The notes under the pieces are model-generated. The model saw only the letters and a program-made list of their open reading frames with translations. It was not told the origin of the DNA and did not search any database. Shown here piece by piece: positions 31,986 through 52,458 of a DNA stretch of 64,000 bases. Source of the stretch: Octopus sinensis (Eukaryota); assembly GCF_006345805.1 (NCBI RefSeq), contig NC_043021.1, forward strand, positions 9,238,001 to 9,302,000, read 5' to 3'. Position 1 is the first letter of the stretch. Every line of letters starts with the position of its first letter. A program made the translations under genes and the position numbers.

Positions 31986-32542
31986 ATGTATAATCAGAAT
32001 ACAAATTGACCAATATGTTGTTATGTAAAATGCTTCTTTGACCTCAAGGCTGTGTGGAATATAATATTCTGTCCCAGAGACAATAGAATGTCTGCACTGA
32101 GAATTGAACTTATGACGGATGAACTGGTTAAGATGAAATATGCAATAAAGCGGAAACAAATATGAATGATGAGTTTGGTCAATTTAGCCTTATTCTGACC
32201 ATATTTCCAATGAAATACTCTGCCTAAATATACATAATTCATGTTTTTGAAAAATAAGAATTTAGACAGAATTAGTATGAGATAGTTTTGTTGTTTTTAT
32301 TAAAGCTGATGTTAGCAAAAGATTCTGTTGCTCAAAATTAGGATGGGAAGTATATAGTTATGAGCTACATGCAGTTTTATACATGGAAGATCTTATCTAG
32401 GCTTGTTTGAAAACCTGCCTAGCTAAAATCTCCAATGTATGAAACTCTTAGTAGCGCTTAAGTATATACAATATTTATCTCACCAGATGGAGTACTTTTT
32501 TTGTTGATCTTACCTTAAGTAAATTGTATATATATATATCAC

Positions 32543-32829
32543 TGTGACCGACCAGGCTATCAGATGTTGCTACACATCGCTGGTCACAATGCGCTTTGCA
32601 TTGTTTTAGCCTTCAAATGACGTCACCCCAGTGGCTAAGCGAGCAGACCAACAGAAGAAAGAGAGAAAGTTGTGGCGAAAGAGTACAGCAGGGATCGCCC
32701 CCGCTGGAGCCTTGTGGAGCTTTAAGTGTTTTCGATCAATAAGCACTCACAACGCCCAGTCTGGGAATCGAAACCGCAATTCTACAACCACGATTCTGCT
32801 GCCCTAACCACTGGATCATTGCGTCTCCA
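32543..32829 (-). mobile_element. S4-head SINE with alternative tail
   Basis: Reverse copy of 28423..28670. Confidence 0.75.
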
Positions 32830-32954
32830 TATATATATATATATATATATTGATAGAAATGATAAGGCAACAAAAGAATGAAAGAGACCTTGATATTATG
32901 TAAATAGAGGAATTTATCTGTAAATATAATATGTGACAATTATTTGGTAGCCAA

Positions 32955-33015
32955 GATAAAACTCCGAGTTTCGGATGTCAGGGCGGAAAGCTACGCCGCC
33001 ATCTCTTCAGTTAAC
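32955..33015 (-). ncRNA. Hammerhead-like motif, left arm of fold-back
   Basis: minus strand: gttaa-CTGAAGA-gatggcgg..ccgc..catcc-GAAACTC-G-GAGTT|ttatc. Confidence 0.6.
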
Positions 33016-33047
33016 GGTCGTTTTCATAGCATTTTTTGCGATGGCAC

Positions 33048-33108
33048 AATAACTGAAGTGATGGTGGCGTAGGTTTCCGCCCTGACATCAGAAACTCGGA
33101 GTTTTATC
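33048..33108 (+). ncRNA. Hammerhead-like motif, right arm of fold-back (A9 mutated)
   Basis: aataa-CTGAAGT-gatgg..catca-GAAACTCGGAGTT|ttatc. Confidence 0.5.
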
Positions 33109-33133
33109 ATGGCTACCGAATAATTGGCACATG

Positions 33134-33168
<35 letters not shown>

Positions 33169-33639
33169 CATATATACTTTCTACTAAAGGCACAAGGCCT
33201 GAAATTTGTGGGGAGGGGACTAGTCGATGACATCGATCCCAGTATTTCACTGGTACTTAATTTATCGACCCTGAAAGGACAAAAGGGAAAGATGAACTCA
33301 GAACATAGCGACAGACAAAATACTGCTAAGCATTTTGCCTGGCATGCTAACGATTCTGCCAGCTCTCTCTCTCTCTCTCTCTCTACCTATATGAATAACA
33401 GTTTGACTCAGCTCCATATATAAGTTTCATGGGTTCAGAGGATGGCACCCTTTCAGACATTGGAAAAAAAGTAACCAGGTTTCAGATAAATTCAACATGA
33501 TTTTTAGATGTGGGGTGTCTCTGTTAATCAGCTCAGGTCATATGAAAGCATCACCAGCTCTCTTCTTTATTGTGAGGCCCTGAGCTGACCAATAAAGGCC
33601 TTAATGTCTAGAATTTGTCAAAAATCTGTTACTCTTCTT

Positions 33640-33693
33640 CCAATATCTGATGAGATAGGTTCGTCCTACATGCCCATGAAACAAGTCATATGG
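33640..33693 (+). ncRNA. Hammerhead-like motif, core intact
   Basis: ccaatat-CTGATGA-g-atagg..cccat-GAAAC-AA-GTC|atatgg. Confidence 0.6.
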
Positions 33694-33788
33694 AACTGAA
33701 TCAAACTGTTATTAATATATATATATATATATATAACAGCTACCAAATGTGTTGAGTGCCACTTTCTTTTGTTTGAACACAATATCTA

Positions 33789-33827
<39 letters not shown>

Positions 33828-33829
<2 letters not shown>

Positions 33830-34037
33830 CAATTGCAGTGTGGAAGGTGTTTATAAGCCATGTAAGAAACACAAAAAACCGATAGATTCACTGTAGCATG
33901 GAATTTTGTCAATGAACAGGTCGTGGTCTCAAAGCAATGAAAATATTTTGGCAAATTAAATTTAAATGTTGAGTGAATCTAACGGTTTTTGTGTGTTTCT
34001 TAAATGGCTTATAAACACCTTCCACGCTGCAATTGTT
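33828..34037. repeat. Fold-back element, about 65-bp arms
   Basis: 33828..33892 vs 33972..34037. Confidence 0.88.
33905..33955 (+). ncRNA. Degenerate/variant-core hammerhead-like motif
   Basis: 7-bp stem I tttgtca/tggcaaa; core ATGAACA instead of CTGANGA; decayed stem II gtcgt/gcaat; GAAA-ATAT-TT with palindrome AATATT. Confidence 0.4.
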
Positions 34038-34366
34038 TTCGTTCTAGCACACGGTCTCAGATCAGGTCACTTGCTATGCAAGTACATCTCCGTACTATAT
34101 ATATATATATATATATATGTATAAAGTGAGGTTACTCTCTCTCTGGCTGCTCCAAGTTTCATCTTAGTACAATAATAATAATAATCACCTAATTGACATT
34201 CAGAAAATTTTCGTCTTCTTGGTAAATTCAATTGTTAGATTTGCAACCATTGTTACTATAGTATAATAGTGGTCTTCCATATTTTCACCAATTCCAATCT
34301 GATCCTAAATTGGAAACATTTATTGTTGTTGTTGCTGTTGTTTGAACCTGGACATCTGAAACTACT

Positions 34367-34501
34367 TCAGTACTGGACCCTGTTCGGTTGGTTATTACTG
34401 ATCAACGCTGTGTTATCTCCAACAAAATTCAGTTGGAAACAGAGACAGTTGATCTCGTTGCATCCTGGATCACAGCTGCAGTCACACTTGCAGTTTCCAA
34501 A
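34367..34501 (-). CDS. Cys-rich membrane protein exon 5 (terminal)
   Basis: ctttttctttctccag|TTT; FGNCKCDCSCDPGCNEINCLCFQ...QY*. Confidence 0.85.
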   Translation of the reverse strand, partial: FGNCKCDCSCDPGCNEINCLCFQLNFVGDNTALISNNQPNRVQY

Positions 34502-37500
34502 CTGGAGAAAGAAAAAGTCAGAGATAGAATGGTGAATAAGAACACTGTGTAACGATTTTATTTATTAGGTTGTCCCAAAAGTTCGTAAACACTTGTGAAA
34601 ATTGAATTTGTACTTGCCAAGTACTAACAAAAATTATTCCTCAAAATAAAGACCATTATTTTCCAAGACTTTCTACGAACTTTTGGGACAACCTTATATT
34701 TATTTATTAATTTTTTTTTTTTTTTTGGGGGGGGGTCTTTGGTCAGTGAGCGTTATTTCCTATTTGCTTCTATCTAGAAATCAAAGGAAATCACTAAAGG
34801 GGATTGGGCTGTTACAACCCTGTGCTGGTTCCACATGAAAGGCACCTGTGCCAGCACCACACAAAGTGCACCTGTGTTGGCACCAGATAATAGAATCCGT
34901 GCCAGAACTACATAACAGCGCTCATCCAGGTGCCATGTAAAATGCTTGGCTTTAGGAAGGGCATCAAGCCTTAGAGACCAAGCCAAGTCAGACTGGAACG
35001 TGGTGCAGCTCTCTGGCTTGCCATCATGGACAACAGATGTTAAAGGATGATGATGAGGGTGAGAAAATCAGACAGGGAAAGACAGGATAAAGCAAGTTAC
35101 ATGATGTTAATAATAATAATAATAATAATAATAAACCAGTTGAATTACTTACACCACATGTGTTACCAGAACCTGCACCAGCACAACATTGGCATAGAAT
35201 TATATCGACACAGTCCATTTGCTGAAAAGTGGAAAGAAGATAGATATATATATATGTATATAGATAGATAAGACCATATACACGCATGCACACTTCACAA
35301 ACACACATATGGAGACACACATCTATACATAACAGACAGACGTACATAGTCACACAAATCCATACACATAGACACACTCAAGCATGCACACTCTCTCTCT
35401 ATCCGAAGTCGACTCTCGGTCACTCGTTGGATCAGTGTCCTCCAGTCAGTTCTATCCTGGGCCGCTTCTTTCAGATTGGCTATGTCCATTCCAGTATCAC
35501 TCTTGATGGTGTCAAGCCAGCGGGTTCTTGGTCGGCCTCTTCCTCTCTTGCCACTGACCATTCCGAGCATGATGTCCTCCTCCAGGGATTTTCTCCGCAT
35601 AATATGACCGAAATATGCCAATCTATGCTTGGTGATCCTAGCTTCTAGATACAAAGTGATATTTACAATACTGATATCTAGTTGTATCAACATCTCACAG
35701 AGAAAAAGAGGATTCTGCAAATCATCTGAAATTGGAAATAGGTTAATAGAGGTAATATTTATCCCCACTTAACCCTTTCGTTACCAACCCAGCTGAAACC
35801 GGCTCTGGCTTTAAGTACAAATGTCTTGTTTTCATAAGTTTTGAATTAAAATCTTCCCCAAACCTTAGTCACAATTTATGTTCCTAACACTAGCTGAATG
35901 ATAACTAAGTTATTTTACTTAATTCTTTGTTATATTTAAAGTAATTGAAAGAAACACAGAGCATCTCAACAGAAATATGGTAACAAAAGGGTTAAACATG
36001 GAGGCTCAGTTAAAACAAACTATACTGTGGTAGATATCATGAGAGAGACTGTCACATTGCTTCTTGGTGTAAAATGCACTCTTGTTTCTACAGCTGGTGG
36101 GGAGATAAATCTCTGCCATCTCCAGCACCAAGATCATCATATCATGTGATTTCGACCTTGTTTGGTCTCATCAGAGATGGATACTCGACTGCTAGAGATA
36201 GCAGTGACTCATCTTTCCACCAGTAATATATAGAAAATCAGTGCCAGTGAGTTTCTTGAAAGGTATATATATATTAATGATAGAGACAGTATTAATACCA
36301 AGAGATAATATTTCCCCCCCACTTAAATATGGATGTTTTCTTAGAACAATATGAGTGCATTTTGCACCAAAAACCAATATGAGAGTTTCTCTCATGGCAT
36401 CTACTGCAGTATAGTTTGTTCTAACAGAACATCCATGTTTAAGTTGGGATAAATATTACCTCCTGAGAGTAACACTCTCTCTGTTGCTATTATATTTTAA
36501 TATACAGGGATTTTTCGACTTGCGCAAGTAATTGGGGGATGCGCAATTCGAAATTCGCGCAAGTCGAGTATCAAATATTGTTATCAATTACTCAAACACA
36601 ATATTTTTACTTTATGTATATTTGAAATGATGGATAGATAACAAGATAACAGACAAGGCAATGCAACCATGGATAATAAATATCTTTACAACAAGCGCAA
36701 GTCGAGAATACAACTCGCGCAACCTGAACACTCGGTACAAAAGTTGGCTCGCACAAGTTGGGGAATCCCTGTATATTTAACAGGGTTAGTAGAGAGAAAA
36801 AGAGTTATCTTACCTTCCTTTGGGGACAGCAGGCATCTAAGCATTTTTCCACACTCGGCACAGAACAAGTGCACTTCTCTGAGATAGCCAGGCAGCACTT
36901 GATACAATTGTTGTCAGGCTTGGACCCACAGATAGTACACTCAGAACAGACACCTCGCTTCTGTTTAGAAAAAGTGAAAGGTCAGAGTTTAGAGAAAGTA
37001 AGGAAACAAAAGTACTCACTCCCCTTTCTTTTTCAATAGGGGTATCCAGGTATCTACTCTACAGCAAGACACCTATCTCTGTGCCTATGTACCTTTAATC
37101 CTCGAACTACCCCAAAGCCACACCCCTCACAGCTATGTAGACACCTAAAACAATCAAGAAAAGCATGGTAGATGTCAGCAAGTCATACTCGATATATTTC
37201 TTTATTGCCCACAAGGGGCTAAACATAGAGAGGACGAACAAGGACAGATAAAGGGATTAAGTCGATTACATCGACCCCAGTGCGAAACTGGTACTTTTAT
37301 TTATCGACCCCAAAAGGATGAAAGGCAAAGTCAACCTCGGCGGAATTTGAACTCAGAACGTAATGACAGACAAAATACCTATTTCTTTATTACCCACAAG
37401 GGGCTAAACAAGGACAGACATAGGTATTAAGTCAGTTACATCGACCCCAGTGCGTAACTGGTACTTAATTTATCGACCCCAAAAGGATGAAAGGCAAAGT

Positions 37501-40500
37501 CGACCTCGGCGGAATTTGAACTCAGAATGTAACAGCAGATGAAATATGGCTACACATTTCACCCGGCGTGCTAACGTTTCTGGCAGCTCGCCGCCTTAAG
37601 TCATACTCAATAGGTACAGGCATGACAGTGTGGTAAGAAGCTTGCTTTCCAACTACATGGTTCTGGTTTCAATCCCACCGTGTGGCATCTTAAGTAACTG
37701 TCTTCTACTATAGCCTCAGGCTGACTGATCAAAGCCTTGTGAGTGGGTTTGGTAGACAGAAACTGAAAGAAGCCTGTTATATAGGAGCACTCTGTCGGTT
37801 ACGAGGATGAGGGTCCCAGTTGATCCGATCAATGAAACTGCCTGCTCGTGAAATTAATGTTCAAGTGGTTGAGCATTCCACAGACATGTGTACCCTTAAC
37901 GTAGTTCGCAAGGAGATTCAGCATGATACAGAGTGTGACAAGACTGGCCCTTTTTTGAAATACAGGTACTGCTCCTTTTTTGCCAGCTGAGTGGACTGGA
38001 GCAATGTGAAATAAAGTGTCTTGCTCAAGGACACAACATGTCGCCAAGAATTGAACTCACAATCTTACGATTGTGAGCCAAATATCTCAACCACTAAGCC
38101 ACGCATCTTCACACACACACACATATCATCATCATTGCTTAATGTCAACCTTCCATACTAGCATGGGTGGTACAGTTTCACAAAAGCTAGCCAATCAGAA
38201 GCTTGCACCAGACATCTGTGACTGTTTTGGCAGGATTTTTACAGCTGGATGCCTTTCCTGACACCAACCACTCAGCAGAGTGGACTGTATGTATGCATGT
38301 ATGTATATATGTATGTATGTATGCATGTATGTATGTCTGTATGTATGTCTGTATGTATGTATGTATGTATGCATGCATGCATGTATGTATGTATGCATGC
38401 ATGCATGCCTGTATGTATGTATGTGTGTGTGTGTGTGTGCGTGCGTGCGTAACCAGCCCATTTATGAATACCCCTCATTCATTGGACAATAAACCTTGCT
38501 TGTGAAGACCCATGGAGGCAAGTAAAATTAAAATCAAAATTGCTGACGTGGCTGACAACAGTACCGCCTGATTGGCATTCATGCCAGTGGAATGTTAAAA
38601 GCGCATCCGAATGTGGGGTGTAACCGGCCCATTTACGAATACCCCTCATTCATTGGACAATGATCTTTGATTGCGAAAACCTATTGAGGCAAGTGTAAAC
38701 AAATCAAAATCGCTGACATGGCCAGTGATAGTACCACCTTATTGGCACTTGTGCCAGTGGAATGCTAAAAGAAGCATATCCGAGCATGATCGTTGCCAGA
38801 GCCACGGATTGGCTCCTGTGCTGGCGACACGTCAAAAGCACCATTCAAGCATGATTGTTGCCAGCATCACCTTACCGACAGGTGCCGGTGGCACATGAAA
38901 AACAACATTCGAGCATGGTCGTTGCCAGTGCCACCAGACTGGCTCCTGTGCAGGTAGCATAAAAAAACACCTCTTGAGCGTGAGCATGGTCATTGCCAGA
39001 ACTGCCTGACTGGCCCTCGTGCCGGTGGCATGTAAAAAGCACCCACTACACCCTCGGAGTGGTTGGCATTAGGAAGAGCATCCAGCTGTAGAAACTATGC
39101 CAGACCAAACTGAGCCTGGTGCAGCCTCTGGTTCACCAGTCCTCAGTCAAACCGTCCAACCCATGCCAGCATGGAAAGCAGACATTAAACGATAATGATG
39201 ATGATGATGATATCTAGAGATTAAATTTAATTTTGTCTCACCGTAAGACATTGCTGAATAATGGTGAATATGATGATAACCAAGAGGTAGATACCAATAG
39301 CAATGGACAGGATGGATGCTGGGTGGTAAATGAGTGTGACTGGTGTTGGCTGTGGAGTCGACATAATAGGCACCATCTGGAAAATTCCAAAAAGAATTAA
39401 AATATTTAGCAAATGTGAAGTAAATAATGGCGGTGCCCCAGCATGGCCACAGCTCGTGAGCTGAAACTAGATAAAATAAAAAAAAAAATTTTTTAAATAA
39501 ATATAATTTTATTGATTCAGAAAATAAAAACATTTAACAACAACAACAATAATAATAACTGCTTGTCAGTTGCTTGAACCTTAACCAGTTGAGCATGTCC
39601 CTTAGTGGCTGATGATATGTGCATCTCTGATCACGAACAGAAGTAGTTGGGGAGCATCATAGCCGTATGTTGAGAGGAATTCTTTGGGGTTTCAATAACT
39701 CAGCCCCAGAAACATAGGCATTTCGTTCATCATCCTTCAACAACCCTCATTCAGGGACTTTTTGAGTGGGATGGGCTACTTGACCTGAAGAAAATTCTGA
39801 GTCTCACCTGCAAAGTCATGCATTGTTTATCTCAGTATGAGATCACCATGTCACGCACATATGGTTGTGATGCATGTGCCTGGTGCACTCTTATCAAATG
39901 AGAGGTCATGATGGGTATATTGGACTTTGTATACTTGTACCCCAGTGTCGCTCTGATGGCATACACTGCTCTCTCATCTAATAATAATAATAACAATAAT
40001 CCTTCCCACTATAGGCACAAGACCTGCAATTTTGGAGAAGAGGCTAGTTGGTTATCTTTATCTTTTATCTTTTACTTGGAGCACCGCCTTTAGTCAAGCA
40101 AATCTACCCTGAGACTTATTCTTTGTAAGCCCAGTACTTATTCTATCGGTCACTTTTTGCCGAACCGCTAAGTGACGGGGACACAAACACACCAGCATCG
40201 GTTGTCAAACACAGACATACACATATATACGACAGGCTTCTTTTAGTTTCCGTCTACCAAATCCACTCACAAGGCTTTGGTCGGCCCGAGGCTATAGCAG
40301 AAGACACTTGCCTAAGGTGCCATGCAGTGGGACTGAACCCAGAACCATGTGGTTGGTAAGCAAGCTACTTACCACACAGCCACTCCTGCGCCTATTGACT
40401 TTAATAATATAATGCATCTAATAATAATAATAATAATAATAATTGATTCTTGTGTATGCATATACATGCAAAGATGTATGTACATTTAAGTGTAGGTATA

Positions 40501-41889
40501 TGTATGTATATGTGTGTCTATTTATATTTATAACTTAACCTTATGTACTTTCTAAAATCTCTGATGAAGCCTAGAGAAACACCCAAGTACCTCAATTTCA
40601 TTTACTAATTACTTCAGTCTACTAGAGAGATGAAGGTAGAATGAGGTATTTTACCTCTTGGCCGAATCAACTGTAAGATATTTTCACAATTTCTATTCAT
40701 CATCATCATCGTTTAACGTTGATATTTTAATAATTACTGGTATCTTTATATATTATATATGTAAAGCATAATATGTTATACATGTATGTATATTGTTGTA
40801 ATTGGCCTTTTATTAAATAAATAAATAAATACCACCTATTGATCCAAGGCGATGGGTTCAATCCTCAAGATTTACTTGGGCTGATAGCAGGGCCACCTCG
40901 AAAGCATTATTGGCCCCTGGACAAAATATGCTCAAGAGCCGCTCTAAGAACAATCACAGCATACACAGATTTGCATTAGGGCCCTAGAACCATGGGGCCC
41001 AAGGCCAAGTTTACAGTGTGTCTATGCATCCAGACGGCACTGGCTGATAACTACATCTCTACTGAACGCGATAACAGCTTTTCGATATAATAATGAAATT
41101 ATTGTATACAGTGCTCAGGTGCACCACAACTTGTCAGACAGTGCATGTAAAGTACATGCAGTAATGTACAAATGTCTGGAAAGCGAACAGCATATGAGTC
41201 AGATACATGCTTGTGTGTGTATGGAGGGGAGAAAATCAAGTGTAGTGTTGGCGAATCTCAGGAAGCATGGAAGTTTTGAAGGATGCAGTGCTCCGACAAC
41301 TAACAAATGATGCCGGCAGTTTGTTCCATGCTTCAGCAACTCTCAGCGTGAAAAAATGTTTCCTAAAGTCATGGGAGCTGTGCTGTTTTCTGACTTTGTA
41401 AATATGTCCTCAGGTGTTAGACGGGTGGAGTTCGAAAAGGTGCTCAGAGTTATTGTTTGTAAGATGGTTGATAATTTTATGGGTGTCTCCATATATCAGT
41501 AATGACCGGACACTGAACAAGATCCTGTACAACGGTTTCGTCTCAGTTGGAAGAAGAAACGAAGGATCTTAAGTATCCTAGTACATGGCAAGTACTTTAG
41601 TTTAACGACCTAGCAGGATTCGAACTCAGAACATAAAGACACATAGTTAAATATAACATTTAGCCGGTTTTTGCGGAGAAGGGAGTGTGTATAATAGTCG
41701 TCGATTACATCAGCCCCGGTATTTAAGAGAACTTTATCAACACCGTAGAGGGATAACAGGTGTTATCGATCTCAGTATGATTCGAACTCAAAAAATAAAG
41801 TGACGCGAAAAAACAAAAATTAAAGTTTCACAACTTCGTCTTACCATAGTACCAAAGAAAACATCTTCGCTGTCCTCTGTCCAAAACAT
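34367..41889 (-). CDS. Uncharacterised 176-aa single-pass membrane protein with cysteine-rich tail (5 coding exons)
   Basis: complement(join(34367..34501,35153..35221,36814..36960,39242..39376,41845..41889)) = 531 nt. All four introns are GT-AG, phase 0, with polypyrimidine acceptors. MFWTEDSEDVFFGTM-MVPIMSTPQPTPVTLIYHPASILSIAIGIYLLVIIIFTIIQQCLT-KRGVCSECTICGSKPDNNCIKCCLAISEKCTCSVPSVEKCLDACCPQRK-QMDCVDIILCQCCAGAGSGNTCG-FGNCKCDCSCDPGCNEINCLCFQLNFVGDNTALISNNQPNRVQY*. AATAAA (minus strand) at 34319..34324. Confidence 0.85.
34565..34696. mobile_element. Mariner-type MITE
   Basis: TIR TTAGGTTGTCCCAAAAGTTCGTA / TACGAACTTTTGGGACAACCTTA; TA flanks. Confidence 0.8.
35153..35221 (-). CDS. Cys-rich membrane protein exon 4
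   Basis: ccacttttcag|CAA...GGT|gtaagt; QMDCVDIILCQCCAGAGSGNTCG. Confidence 0.85.
35392..35650 (-). mobile_element. RTE/BovB-like LINE 3' end
   Basis: RLAYFGHIMRRKSLEEDIMLGMVSGKRGRGRPRTRWLDTIK..AAQDRTDWR. Confidence 0.88.
35773..35991. mobile_element. piggyBac-type MITE family B
   Basis: TTAA-CCCTTTCGTTACC..GGTAACAAAAGGG-TTAA. Confidence 0.85.
35996..36438. repeat. Fold-back element flanked by TTAA, about 95-bp diverged arms
   Basis: TTAA-ACATGG...CCATGT-TTAA. Confidence 0.75.
36135..36179 (-). ncRNA. Type-I hammerhead motif, core intact
   Basis: minus strand: catct-CTGATGA-gacc-aaacaa-ggtc-GAAA-TCA-CA-TGA-TA|tgatg; perfect stem II; one mismatch at the first stem-I pair. Confidence 0.68.
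36505..36771. mobile_element. Tc1/pogo-type MITE
   Basis: TA-CAGGGAT...ATCCCTG-TA; internal CGACTTGCGC repeats. Confidence 0.75.
36814..36960 (-). CDS. Cys-rich membrane protein exon 3
   Basis: tttttctaaacag|AAG...AAG|gtaaga; 11 Cys in 49 aa. Confidence 0.87.
38287..38450. repeat. (TATG)/(TG) microsatellite
   Basis: Direct reading. Confidence 0.93.
38450..39212 (+). mobile_element. Retroposon family S2, long diverged copy
   Basis: Extra 5' modules plus the S2 core and tail. Confidence 0.72.
39242..39376 (-). CDS. Cys-rich membrane protein exon 2 (TM helix)
   Basis: ttttccag|ATG...ACG|gtgaga; hydrophobic ILSIAIGIYLLVIIIFTII. Confidence 0.85.
40068..40394 (-). mobile_element. SINE family S1
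   Basis: Matches S1. Confidence 0.82.
40554..40682 (+). ncRNA. Degenerate hammerhead-like motif with long stem II
   Basis: aaaatct-CTGATGA-agcctagag...(inner tacctca/tgaggta)...ctcttggcc-GAATC-AACT-GTA|agatatt; A15.1 mutated. Confidence 0.45.
40888..41042. mobile_element. hAT MITE
   Basis: CAGGGCC..GGCACTG; TSD GCTGATAG/GCTGATAA. Confidence 0.65.
41050..41475 (-). mobile_element. CR1-like LINE 3' end
   Basis: HKIINHL..T*GHIYKVRKQHSSHDFRKHFFTLRVAEAWNKLP..SFKTS. Confidence 0.78.
41845..41889 (-). CDS. Cys-rich membrane protein exon 1
   Basis: In-frame TAA directly before the ATG; MFWTEDSEDVFFGTM; donor ATG|GTAAGA. Confidence 0.6.
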
Positions 41890-42501
41890 TTACAAGAATT
41901 ACATCGTCTATTAAGAATTTTGTGAGAGGGATGACTTAACAATGAACAACAGGGGCCATCACAATGAACAACAATGTTCAAAGTTGATCCATCAATGTTC
42001 AAAATTTGTTCTTAGAAACAATGTTTGATCACGTGACTAAGTTCTGGTTTCTAACGACTGGAAACGTCACGAATTTCTGTATTTTAAAAACATTCTAAAA
42101 AAGACTTTTCTCCCATATTTTTCTCATCAAAAAATTAAAAGAAAATTTTTCCTTTTCGAATTATCTTCTTATATGTTCCCAATGAATTAAAAAAAAAAAT
42201 TTCTCCTTTTATAAACTTATTTACTTCCTTTATGTTTATTTTCGTCATCGATTTCGTACTTCCGGTTTACTCCGAAGAACCACAAGGCTTTTTGCTGTGT
42301 ATTTACTTTCGTTTGTTGATTAATCACTAATTACTAAATAATTACCAATTATTTTGAAATTTACAATTAATTTAATTCCATAAGAGTATCATAGATCGAT
42401 TCATTGTCGAAACAAAAACAAGGAAAAACAACAACAAAGTGAATGTTGTTTATTTCACTGTGAAATAATAAATAACAATTAAAAGAGAAGAGACAAAAAA
42501 A
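41890..42501. promoter_or_regulatory. Probable bidirectional promoter (Cys-rich gene / ESS2)
   Basis: 612 bp between divergent start codons, no recognisable TE; ETS-like ACTTCCGG at 42258..42265 and E-box TCACGTGA at 42029..42036. Confidence 0.55.

Positions 42502-52458
<9,957 letters not shown>

Larger units (their letters stand above)
32930..33134. repeat. Fold-back element, about 84-bp arms
   Basis: 32930..33013 is the reverse complement of 33050..33134 with scattered mismatches. Confidence 0.9.

Noticed and set aside
36686-37039. Track ORFs YLREVHLFCAECGKMLRC and the plus-strand 93-aa ORF
   Set aside because: Wrong frame or strand of the real 36814..36960 exon.
39147-39533. 128-aa minus-strand ORF spanning the TM exon
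   Set aside because: Alternative frame; the flanking exons require phase 0, which gives the hydrophobic-helix frame.
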